Assembly (NCBI GenBank): GCA_001687465.1
Contig: LVLI01000117.1
Coordinates: forward strand, 1 to 64,000
Direction of reading: 5' to 3'
Origin: Halocafeteria seosinensis
Lineage: Eukaryota
DNA: 64,000 nt
Below, in pieces: positions 49,795 through 60,090 of this stretch (the stretch's first letter is position 1; each line of letters starts with the position of its first letter). The notes under the pieces are model-generated. The model had not been told where the DNA came from, made no database searches, and worked only from the letters and a program-made list of their open reading frames with translations. Made by a program: the position numbers and the translations under genes.

Positions 49795-49903
49795 CTAAGT
49801 TCAACCAGGATCGGGCTCACTTAGAAGTCTTAGAGCCTCACTAAGTGACTTAGTCTAAGTCCGTAAGTTACTGTAACTTAGGGACCCAAAATAAGTGACT
49901 AAG
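49795..49903. promoter_or_regulatory. Array of CTAAG/CTTAG motifs forming overlapping palindromes upstream of the protease ORF
   Basis: ACTAAGT-G-ACTTAGT (49840-49854), GACTTAG-T-CTAAGTC (49847-49861), TAAGTTAC-T-GTAACTTA (49864-49880); function inferred only. Confidence 0.5.
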
Positions 49904-50341
49904 GAATGTAGACCTCCCGACGTTCATGTATTCGAGATGCTCGAAACATGTTCCGTGCGGTAGCCAGTCGCTGTAGCGCTGGAGGCGACGTGTGCAGCGA
50001 ATGCAGCGTGGAGGACAGGGCGACGCTGGGGCGTGAATATGGAGCAAATAGAGGGAGATAGGAAAGGTACGTGTTAGCATTGTTCCTACCGAGGACTGAC
50101 GAATTCCCAGCTTCAAGTCTGGACTCGCTATCAGCTACATACGACCACAGGAAGTCAAGTTTCCCAACACCTCTACGTGATCCGTTCGGATAGCGTCAAT
50201 GCTCGTAGTTTGTCGGTACAACTAGAGTCGAGCAGCTCCCGTGTCAACAGAATGCTAACGTGATGCATATCCACCAATTCACTTGGTTATCGGTGTGCCG
50301 GCAGTGCCCGACACTTGTAAATCGTTGTACGATGCAACTTC

Positions 50342-52097
50342 CTAGTTCACCCGTTTTCGTTTCTTCTGCAATGACGGAAATGCCCGACCTTTGAGATAGT
50401 CAGTGACTTCTTGGGATATGCTGATTCCTTCAACGCCGTTCCTATGTAGGAAATCTCCAGAAAGCGGAAGCAAACCAGTGTAAAACAATTTGGCAGCACA
50501 GGTGGACAACCCGTAACCCTCTATCTCAGAAGAGGAGCTAATGCGACCCCACTCAAATCCTTTCGGAAGGATACTATCAGATTTTCCCCGGACAACGAGC
50601 AAATCCACAGAATACTCGTGCTTCACATGTGAGAAAACGTGAGATTCCTGACCGCATGGTATGGACTCTATTAGATCCTTCTTCTCAAGACCACTAAGCT
50701 CTCCTAACTTCGAGAACAATTTCTTCTCTCGTTTACTGTTCTGACGAAAAAGAGTAGGTGGCTGCTGAGATGGACTCTCTTTAGAGTTACTGCTGTCCTC
50801 CGTTGGAAGGCACAATGGTTCCCAGTGCTCCGACAGCAGTCCACCCTCGGGGCGTTTTGAGAGCAAGACATTCAATTTGCCATCTTCACACTTACGGATA
50901 ACCACACCACAACAAAAGCACTTGACAGGAACAGCAGACTTTTTCTTTTTTACGGGAAAGAGCTCCGGAGTTCGATCTCGCTTGTTCAAGTCGTGTACCT
51001 GAACTTCTCCGGGTATTGCAACTGTGGCGTTGGAGTCTATTGACCAACGATAGGCGGTACAGTACTCTTTTAAAGGGCATTGCTCGCACTTAGGACTTTT
51101 CGGAGTACAGACGGTCGCGCCGAGTTCCATCAACGCCTGATTGAAGTCACCTGGCCTTCCTTTGGAGACCAACTGTTCGGAAATTTTCCTGAGGAAAAGA
51201 AGGCAACATAAAGCCTAAGGATGATACTCGTGCAGTTTCGTTCACGACTTACCAACAAAGATGATTTAAGTCCGAGCTCTTGGCATCCATACCCACACCA
51301 AAGATTCTGGAATACACGCGGATTACATTCCCGTCTACTACCGGTCTCGGCTTGCCAAATGCAATAGAGGATATGGCACCCGCCGTATAGGGACCTATAC
51401 CAGGAATTCGCAGTAAGTTTTCAACATCTTTGGGTAAACTTCCTCCTTCTTGTTGAACCTTCTTGGCTCCTTCATGCAAGGACTTTGCACGCCGATAGTA
51501 GCCTAAACCTGCCCACAACGAGTTCACATCCTCCAAGGGACTCTCCGCTAAATCTTTAATCGTAGGGAACTTCTCGATCCATTTCAGAAAGTATGATATC
51601 ACTGTCTCTACCCTTGTCTGCTGGAGCATTACCTCGGATACCCATACCTCGTAAGGAGTTGGCGCGCGACGCTTCTCCACCTCGGTCGAGGATTCCACAT
51701 CGTCGTCACCCTGATCCAGTACAATCGTTTCATTATTTTTCTGGGGGCTAGTCCCATTAGTGTCGGTCACTGAAGACAGAGATCTAGCATTGGTGCTTGA
51801 CGTCCTCTTTGAGCCGAAGAAATCGTCCAGCTTCTTGTGTCCCTTGGATGCTGTTGTCTTGGAGGCTTCAGCACTGTTGTGTCGGCTCAGGTTGCTGGCC
51901 TGGTCACTTCCATCGTAAGGCGGGGGGTCACCTCTCCACGGTAGTTTCCTTCGACATGCATCATACCACTCTAATAGCCTCTGCTGAAATTGCTCGCGAT
52001 TCTTTGCGGCTTCTGTATCGTCTCCTAAAAGACTACTGTGTTCCACTACGGCTGGATACAATTCAGTATCCACTACTTTTTTCGATTTCGCCGCCAT
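50342..52097 (-). CDS. MUTYH: Adenine DNA glycosylase MutY homolog, 2 exons
   Basis: RRKLPWR, YEVWVSEVMLQQT, WAGLGYYRRA, IPGIGPYTAGAI, VDGNVIRV, 4Fe-4S motif CTPKSPKCEQCPLKEYC, NUDIX-like KRPEGGLL...HVFSH. Confidence 0.97.
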
Positions 52098-53146
52098 GAT
52101 ATGTAGCTTTTCCCAAGCTCGAACCAGGTTGACAAGCAGAGTTATACCTCATGTTCGGTCCATCAAACGAAGCGTGTGTGGAGATTCTTGATACTATATA
52201 GTCGTACGCCCGGCAAATTCAAATTCACAAACCGCGTTAGAATGGAATTCAAAGTGTAATGGAACCAGCGAAGCCGACTTGCACCGGTTAATCTGATCGT
52301 TCATTCATCCCTCTATTGCACTCATGACTTTGACGCATGAAGGCACTCATGCAAAATATGGTGCTATAAATTGCTTTGGGGAGAGTCGAGCGCAAAAGCG
52401 GCGCTGTGTACTTCAGCAATTCACGAGCCGGCCCGCGTTTATGTACCCATTTTCATTTTGTAGTTTGAATGTTCACTCCAAATGATGATGAAAAACATGG
52501 TATCCATAGAGTCGTATGTGTATGTTATGGCACGTAACCGAAGGCTTCTTCCCCATCAGCGACGTTCGAAACATAGAAAATGGCTTGCTGCAGGGGGCTG
52601 GGGGACAATTATGTTGGTGGGAAAACGCTAGAGTTTTTCTAGCTTCTAGGCAATTATTGAAATTTCAGTGTTCGTTCCTGTTTACATTGACCCCCTGCAG
52701 AGTAGGATTCTCGGTCGTAGGTCGATTGCAAGCAATGTCAGTATTCATGTACAAAGCATCCGCCAAACTCTTGGCCCGACCTTATTATTCCAAGCATCAT
52801 TGTGTCCCTGAAACGTAAAGCGTCAACTAGTGCTGCAGCAACTGTATCGGCTGGAGTCTTTCAGCTGCAAGTCAAGTTGCTTAATAAACCAGCCCAAGTT
52901 TGTCCTCTTTCCAAACTACTTGATATGTCTGAGACGAAGCACAGCCTGCCAACTTCACAAGACAGTCTAGAATTCTGAATAGTGACTGCTTTTCAGGCCA
53001 CATAATGGCCTACATTTAACAGTTGTCGTCTCGAATTGTCACGGCCAAAAAAATGATGAAACAACTGTGGTGTTTATAGCATATGCTATGGCGCGTACAC
53101 AGAGCTTTCAGCGTCGATAATTGAAGTAGGGAGCTGCATACAAGTG

Positions 53147-55123
53147 ATGGCTTCTCGAGATCTATCTGCGAGTTCCATTGAGCCTCAAACGAGTACCATT
53201 CCCTGTTGTGTGGCATCCGCTGAATCTGTAGTTGCTGATCAATCCAGCAGCGGTGCCGCAAGAAGCTCAGAGGATGACCCGAACAGACGAACAGCTGGTG
53301 CTAGTCCCACGAGCAGCTGCCACTTGCCTCCATTATGGGACATCACAGAGGATAAGCCAAGGCTAATTGCAGGCGTGACGTTCATTCATTCCATCATTTT
53401 GCTTTCGTTACTTATGTACAAGCGACGTTTGCTCTACAGTTGCCCGAACACTGTGGCAGGAAGACTGATGTTGAGTGGAGGTGGAATTATATCGGTAGCA
53501 TTAGCGTTTTGGGTATACAAGAAGCATGGTGGTTTATTAGTACGGAAGTGGAGTTTATGGAAAAATGTTGCCAAACGGTCTCTTAGCGAACAAGCAAGTG
53601 AGCTCCAAGGACGTCTGTCCAGTGGACTTCATCACGGTAAATCCACGCTTAACAAAGGGATTGAAAGCGCGCAGAGCTACCTAAGTGGAAGCAGGCAACG
53701 ATTGGAATATAGCTTTCAGCAACAATTCCATGACAAGATATCCAAGGCCATAGATTTGGCGTCAGTATTTTTGAAGAAGTCAGCTATCGATAAAGATATG
53801 CCTGAGGTTATCAAACACTTACTCAATGACTCTATCGATGCTGTACTACCCGACTTAAAACAGCAGATGTTCCACCGAGCACAGTCGTGGCTTAGCCCTG
53901 CCCGGCATCTTGGTTTCCTGTCTGCAGCCTCTCCTCTGACGACTGCCATAAATCGCAGAATTAACTTTTCGGCTAATGCTCGCACACTAGCGAGCGCTCG
54001 CCATCGGTTGGCCCAACGGGCGAAAGCATTGGCTGTAACTGGTACGCCTGTGCTTGAAACCAATTATTCCTCCGAATTTTCCCATAACGGTTCAAACAGC
54101 AAGTTTATTCGCGACGCGAGGCGATGCGGACGTCTGGTAATATATCGGTACGATCGATTGAGGGCTCAGATTCTGTACTCGCTGGAACCGTTCGATAAAT
54201 CTACTTGGGCATGTCTGAAGTCCAAGAGATGGTGCGCTCTCAATGCGATCGGATTGGTACCTGGCTTTATTAGTCAGATCTGGTGGCTCCTACTGTTCTT
54301 GATGAAAGACAAGAGTGATGAATACCAGTTAGCGAATTTCATTGTTGGTTTTGAAACCGCGAAGTTCTTTTCGGTTGGCGTATGGTCATTTGTACAGGGG
54401 GCTCTTAGACTATTTGTGTGCGTCCACATTTTGCGGGGGGAAACTTCATTTGATTCGACCGACACCTGCGACACGTACGGTGCTAGAGTTGGATGGGACG
54501 ATTTCGCGTTCTTCATCCTTCAACTCACTTTGGTGTGGACCTGCTTTTTGTTGTTACCGTCTTCTCGACGACGGTATCGGCATGCTGCCCAAGCCCGGCC
54601 CAAAGAGGAACGAGAAATGGAGAGCGAAGAGAACAGGAGAAGGACGAAGGCTTCCCCTCTAAGCAGAAGTGGGGAGTGGATCAAAGCTATGTACAGCCAC
54701 TTGCCACTGCTTTCGACCAACGCTACTGATGATACGCCCGCTGCAACAACTGGTAACAGCAAATACCTCCGTGGAGGATACCTAACTTCGATGTATAAGT
54801 ACTATGTCTCAATAGTCTCCATTACCGTCCTGTCTAGCGTTGTAATTGTGTACTGTATGGCCGATGAGCCCCAATGGAAGCAGCTGGGAAGCCTATTCTG
54901 GATACGAGTTGCCTACGGTTTATTATCGTTTCCATTCGTTGTGTTCAAACTCCCTCTTGCGATGCAGCTCTTCGTTTGTTCAACTCCTACCGCGTATGAC
55001 CAGCATGGACGGACGGTACTTCGTTATGGAAACGCTGAATACCCGCGAGACCCTAGCAGTATCCCTGGAGACACTCCAGATATTTCCTCCCACTCGGTGA
55101 AGCGTCAACTGTTTACCAGATAA
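53147..55123 (+). CDS. Uncharacterised multi-pass membrane protein, intronless
   Basis: 658-codon ORF with about 7-8 hydrophobic segments; family not recognised. Confidence 0.75.
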   Translation: MASRDLSASSIEPQTSTIPCCVASAESVVADQSSSGAARSSEDDPNRRTAGASPTSSCHLPPLWDITEDKPRLIAGVTFIHSIILLSLLMYKRRLLYSCPNTVAGRLMLSGGGIISVALAFWVYKKHGGLLVRKWSLWKNVAKRSLSEQASELQGRLSSGLHHGKSTLNKGIESAQSYLSGSRQRLEYSFQQQFHDKISKAIDLASVFLKKSAIDKDMPEVIKHLLNDSIDAVLPDLKQQMFHRAQSWLSPARHLGFLSAASPLTTAINRRINFSANARTLASARHRLAQRAKALAVTGTPVLETNYSSEFSHNGSNSKFIRDARRCGRLVIYRYDRLRAQILYSLEPFDKSTWACLKSKRWCALNAIGLVPGFISQIWWLLLFLMKDKSDEYQLANFIVGFETAKFFSVGVWSFVQGALRLFVCVHILRGETSFDSTDTCDTYGARVGWDDFAFFILQLTLVWTCFLLLPSSRRRYRHAAQARPKEEREMESEENRRRTKASPLSRSGEWIKAMYSHLPLLSTNATDDTPAATTGNSKYLRGGYLTSMYKYYVSIVSITVLSSVVIVYCMADEPQWKQLGSLFWIRVAYGLLSFPFVVFKLPLAMQLFVCSTPTAYDQHGRTVLRYGNAEYPRDPSSIPGDTPDISSHSVKRQLFTR

Positions 55124-55247
55124 ACCAGGAAACCCATGATGTCAAGTTGTATATTGTTCACACAACTGTTCTAAAAAAGGGAAAATGTAAACAAGTATTG
55201 TTTGGATAGGATATTGCGCGGGACAGTGGATTGCACGACTATCACCT

Positions 55248-56095
55248 TTACTCGTCTTCGATCACTACGGTGCCGTTGTCAATCTCTTTGCAAACCTTGT
55301 GCGGATGTTTCTTATCAACCGTGCATCCGATAGAATGGCATGTTCCCAAGATTTCCTTTACTGTTCCGTAGAAGAAGCGAGCCATGGAGCGCTGCCTCAT
55401 TGTTCGGGCAATTTGCTTCACTTGTTCTAAAGTTAAGTTGCCGTCGTGCTTGACTGCAGGAATAAACATTAAAAAGTTCCTTACCCATCATAGTACGCGT
55501 AATCGAATATAATGACCACGTACTGTTCTTAGGTCCTTTCTTTCTATCACGAGGAGGTTCTTTCAACTCGCGGATAACCAATGACGAAGCACTGGGAACG
55601 ACCTCGACCTGTGTTGGCAAAAAAGACGAGTTGCTCCCAAAACCCCATCAACAGTGGCCTCAAGAACTTACAGTAGCCTGGCGGTTGACGACAGTAAGCT
55701 TGACAGTCACACGGAGTCCCTTCCAGTCCATTGTATTCTTCTGAATATCTTCACCTATCTTCTTGGGAGATAACCCAAGAGGACCGACCTTGGGGGCTAA
55801 GGTAGAGGCAGCTCCAACCTCACCACCTACTGTCCTCAAGTAGACTGCAAATACACACATAACACCATATAGTAACTGATCATGTCCCTATTGTCGACAT
55901 TTTCCCGGGAGAGGTGTCATCATACAGCACAGTAGACGGATTCCACCACTTCCCCTTGAGAGCAGACACCACCTCTGCTCCCCCGTCCCCTGTTCCTCGG
56001 CTACTGGCTGTACCCCATCCTTTTTGTAGTTCTTCGGCAGTGGAGCTTGAACACTTACTGATTTTGGCCTCCGAAGCATCAAATTTAGGCGGCAT
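55248..56095 (-). CDS. RPL12: 60S ribosomal protein L12 (uL11), 4 exons
   Basis: [61 protein letters not shown]; introns 55845-56058 (214 nt), 55609-55671 and 55454-55523. Confidence 0.98.
55905..56000 (-). promoter_or_regulatory. Putative structured intronic cis-element mimicking the LSU rRNA uL11-binding site (H42-H44)
   Basis: AGGGGACGG...GGAAGU..GGAAUCCG...UGUAUGA...CACCUCU matches rRNA GCAGGACGG...GGAAGUCGGAAUCCG...UGUAACA...CACCUGC (rRNA recalled from memory) with compensatory stem changes. Confidence 0.65.
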
Positions 56096-56564
56096 TTTGC
56101 TTTATATTTCTGTACCACACCAAAGAAGATACACGTGAAAATGATATGGAACGTCGAGATTTCGTCCAAATAGCGTGTATGAAGCGAAAAATGGGATACG
56201 GCCCATAAGCCTCCTCGGAGGGTTGCCAGCGTTCCAAAGCACTTACCAGAAGGATAATGAGCTATAATAGCTACTGTCCTTACAGAATACGGAGGATAAA
56301 CGTCTCTCCTTCTTTGGGTAAACACGGATTTCCTTATGGACACCGCGAACAATATCCTATCGTCCCTTGTATGTGATCGAGTCACTCAGCCAGGGAGCGA
56401 GGCGACAAACAAATGTTTCACTCACGAGAAGTGGATTTTTTGTGAAGTTCATGCGACATCGAGTCGATTGGGTCCAACAAAGCCTTAGAACGCCGTATTC
56501 TAGATCGAATTTTGCATTTTTTGGAAGCTGACACGCTGTGGAATAAGGCGTCGCATAGTGTATA

Positions 56565-59249
56565 ATGACGCAGAAATGTTACTGTCGCTTGGTCCTTATG
56601 GTCACGGGCGATGGGTACAGTGATCAGAGCCCACCCGGGTTTTTATTGAGTATACAGACAGCACAGGTTCCCAGACCCATGGATAGCCAGAAGGATGATT
56701 CGAGTTCTTCAGATGACTCCGACTCGTCCGATTCCGCTGGTGTGTCCCTCCCTGACTATGCGAAAGACAAGGCGAAGATTCCACTGCACAAGTGGACTGT
56801 GAAACATACAGTGCTATTTGGGTGTGGAGAGGGCTCTAGGCGATGTTTGAATGAGCAGCACGTCAAATTAAGGACTTTGCGGGCTATTTGCTTGACGAAT
56901 GACCATCTCAACTCGATTTCAGGGATCCCGAGTACGCTCTTCCACATGGGCGATACAGGATGTAAGGAAGTTACCGTATGTGGCCCGGGCGATATTCAGA
57001 ATACTATGAATGGGGTCAACGAGACATTCGGTCGGAAGTATCCGATAACAACAGTAGAAAAACCGGGCAGAGGGGAATGGAGAGGAATTCTATCGATGCC
57101 TTTATATGATGCTACGGAGAAAACAAAGGGTTGCCCCAATCAGCATGTCCGGTTGACTACTGTCGATCCGACTTCTCAGCCACTTGATACGCGCGAGCGA
57201 AGTACCAGTGACTCGAGTAGTCAATCAAGTGAAACATCTTCTGATACATCTTCATCGTCTTCTTGTTCATCCGATATAAATATTCCAGACCAGCAGAAAA
57301 GGAGGTCCGGTGACTTAGCAGGCGGTGATAGCAACACCACTGAAAGGGAGAAAGAGTTTATGAACTCGCTTAGATATAAAATTCGAAATGCAAAACGAAG
57401 CGCCGATGAACTGGTCTACAGCAAATCGATAGAAGACTGTTGCAAAGCTGCTCGGTCAAGCGAAGAAGCTAGCCACCCCATGCCCTATAGTGGACTGGAA
57501 GGCCCATCCACCCCTGCGCCTTCGTCGGTGTATTGTGTCCAACTGGTCTTAGATCCTTCAGAACGGAAGAGTGTCCCGCTTGCTTTAGTCATAGATATTG
57601 ACACTTTTCCTCAACTGAGCTCCTATGAACGTTTATTTGCACAAGTAAAGCACACATGTGTATCAAGGATTCACATTGTTCTGTTTTCGAGTGTGCGCAG
57701 TCACAAACAGAAATTTGACAAACATGCTTGTCAAATAGAGGAAGTTTTCAATGGTCTGACCGTGAACATTACGCGTATAGGACAAGCTACTGGGGCAAAA
57801 GCGGACAACCGTTATTTATTCACTTTCTGGAAAGCGGCAAACCTGCAAGCACAACTCTCTCTATTCGACAATGCGGTGTATCCCTTTCCGATGCTCGATA
57901 GGTTGTCGGTTGATCACGTAGAAAATTGTGAGCAAGGGCAATTTCTTCGAACTTTAGACACCGTCGAACTGTGGCCTTCGTTTTGTCACTTTAATCAGTC
58001 TACGGAACATGTTGCTCCGCAGAGCCACTTCGAAAACCTAGGTTGGAAAGATTTGGTATCGTCAAACGTTCAGGAACATACCCAAGTAAATGGAGAACTT
58101 AAGAAGCAAAAGATCGCAGAGACTATGGCTCAGACCAAGGCAGCAATTTCAAACGAGTCACTGGGGTCTGGGAAGACTTCCAATGAGGTGTTTACCTCTG
58201 CAGTTGCTACAATGTACATTCTAGGAACCGGCGCATCGACTCCTGGAAAGTATCGATCCAATACAGGTATCTACCTGTCACTAGATCCTCTAAAACTAGC
58301 ACATGTGCTAAAGTGCGGGTACAAAGCAGACGTTGCTCCGCAAGGCATTCTACTAGACTGCGGAGAAGGAGTGTTAGCAGGCTTTTCCCGGCTCTTCGAA
58401 AGTAAGAAAAAGGAAGTGGCTACAGATAACCCAATGGACTTAGTACTCAAAGGAATACAAATCATATGGATATCGCATCATCACACCGACCACCATTCCG
58501 GGCTGCTGTCATTATTGGGGAGGCGTCAAGAGGTTCTTCAACAGGGGGAGCCGCCAAATTTGTTACTAGTTTGCCCTCCGAAAGTACGAAAATCCATAGA
58601 GTACTATCGACAAGGAATAAGTTCTAGACTGAATCCGTTCTATTCGGTAACCATGGTAGACACTCAGGATTTCAATAACCCGCTGAATTCTCAACGTCAG
58701 GGTTTCTTTTCAGCAAGTCGTTGTAATGGAACCAAACTCTCTTGCGAGTCAACAGTTACCTCTTTTTTAAGTGTTCCTGTCGAACATTGCCCAGATGCAT
58801 ACGGTGTTGTGCTGATTTTGAACCGAAGGGATGGAGACACGATGGGAACGAAGATAGTTTTCTCTGGGGATACCAGGCCCTGTAAAAGGCTAATCGCGGC
58901 AGGCTCTGGAGCTTCGCTTCTGATCCATGAAGCTACGTTTGACGACTCGATGGGTTCTCATGCTGTAAGGAAGAGACATTGTACTATTAGCGAGGCCTTG
59001 GATGTTGGCGAGAAGATGCGTTCTCCGGCAATTGTGTTAACGCATTTTAGTCAGAGATACTCGAAAATAGGTCCGGAGTTGCCATCGGATTCTAACAGCA
59101 GGTCTTCCAGAAAGGCAGTCTTTTGTAATGCCTACGATGGAATGCAGTTAAACCTAAATAAAGACGGTAGCGCTATTCTAGACAGCTGTTCTCGTGCTAA
59201 TGCTGCAGAAAAGTTACTGCGCAGAGTTGACGAAGAACTTGCTGCATGA
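56565..59249 (+). CDS. Long-form ribonuclease Z (ELAC2/Trz1-like), intronless
   Basis: N-terminal pseudo-domain FGCGEG..R; C-terminal LGTGASTP..YRS, LLDCGEG, ISHHHTDHH, VEHC, SGDTRP, HEATF, HCT, LTHFSQRY, AYDG. Confidence 0.92.
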   Translation: MTQKCYCRLVLMVTGDGYSDQSPPGFLLSIQTAQVPRPMDSQKDDSSSSDDSDSSDSAGVSLPDYAKDKAKIPLHKWTVKHTVLFGCGEGSRRCLNEQHVKLRTLRAICLTNDHLNSISGIPSTLFHMGDTGCKEVTVCGPGDIQNTMNGVNETFGRKYPITTVEKPGRGEWRGILSMPLYDATEKTKGCPNQHVRLTTVDPTSQPLDTRERSTSDSSSQSSETSSDTSSSSSCSSDINIPDQQKRRSGDLAGGDSNTTEREKEFMNSLRYKIRNAKRSADELVYSKSIEDCCKAARSSEEASHPMPYSGLEGPSTPAPSSVYCVQLVLDPSERKSVPLALVIDIDTFPQLSSYERLFAQVKHTCVSRIHIVLFSSVRSHKQKFDKHACQIEEVFNGLTVNITRIGQATGAKADNRYLFTFWKAANLQAQLSLFDNAVYPFPMLDRLSVDHVENCEQGQFLRTLDTVELWPSFCHFNQSTEHVAPQSHFENLGWKDLVSSNVQEHTQVNGELKKQKIAETMAQTKAAISNESLGSGKTSNEVFTSAVATMYILGTGASTPGKYRSNTGIYLSLDPLKLAHVLKCGYKADVAPQGILLDCGEGVLAGFSRLFESKKKEVATDNPMDLVLKGIQIIWISHHHTDHHSGLLSLLGRRQEVLQQGEPPNLLLVCPPKVRKSIEYYRQGISSRLNPFYSVTMVDTQDFNNPLNSQRQGFFSASRCNGTKLSCESTVTSFLSVPVEHCPDAYGVVLILNRRDGDTMGTKIVFSGDTRPCKRLIAAGSGASLLIHEATFDDSMGSHAVRKRHCTISEALDVGEKMRSPAIVLTHFSQRYSKIGPELPSDSNSRSSRKAVFCNAYDGMQLNLNKDGSAILDSCSRANAAEKLLRRVDEELAA

Positions 59250-59328
59250 CAATACCTTTAGTTTTATAATAGTGTCGTACAGGTGCTTCTGTTCATTCGG
59301 GTATCACTTCGGCATAAGGCCTAGTATG

Positions 59329-60013
59329 CTATGCCGAACCCCAGTGCTCTAGTTCATCCGGCGTAATGGCTCTGCCTAAGGGTACCATTGCTTCTTTGTG
59401 TTCATCGCGTGGCATGGATTTCCTCATATCCAGGGCATCTTCCTCGCCCGAATAGTACCCTTTGACTCTTCGGTAGGTCGTGTAGCCTAGTTTCTCGTAC
59501 ATGGAGATGGCTAAATCGTTTGACTTTCGGACGAATAAATCCACATAGTACGTATCATATCTGTAATAACTCAAAAAATGCAAACCCCGTTGGTTAGAAG
59601 AACTTAACTTGGAGTAGTTGGACCTCTTACATATCTCTTGAAATCCGCTCTAACTTGTCCATGAGCTTCTTGGCCATTCCTAAGCGTCTGAAATCGGGAG
59701 CTACTGTGACGGCGGACACATGTCCATGCCATAATTTGCCCTCTCCTTCGGCTTTGCCAATCATGTAGCCCATGGGTTCATGATTCTGAGGACTTGTTAA
59801 AATGCTGAAATATTCCGGCCATCGAGCCATATAGTCATAATAAAAGCCTAGATTATACTGCAGGCGTCCCATTCATCCATATAGACTGTGTCAATGGCAT
59901 AATATAATATTCACGGTGTGGACTGCTGGACGTACCGTCTCCGTCCATACATCCATATTGATGTGGTTGAATGAAAAGAGGTCATCGCAGGTGAATCGCC
60001 GTACTGTCGTCAT
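59329..60013 (-). CDS. NAA20: NatB catalytic subunit N-alpha-acetyltransferase 20, 3 exons
   Basis: MTTVRRFTCDDLF...TET|YNLGFY..Y..RWPEY, GKAEG...WHGHVSAVTVAP, VDLFVR.SN, EEDALDMRK. Confidence 0.97.
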
Positions 60014-60090
60014 TGTATAGAAGCAAACAAGGTCATCAGTGGTGATATATAAAAATAGTACTTGTACAAACCAGAGAAGAGGAGAGGATT

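Noticed and set aside
55875..55925. Possible intronic box C/D snoRNA in RPL12 intron 1 (AUGAUGA on the minus strand)
   Set aside because: No CUGA box D downstream (only AUGA about 35-40 nt away) and no terminal stem; the same-sense rRNA similarity explains the region better.
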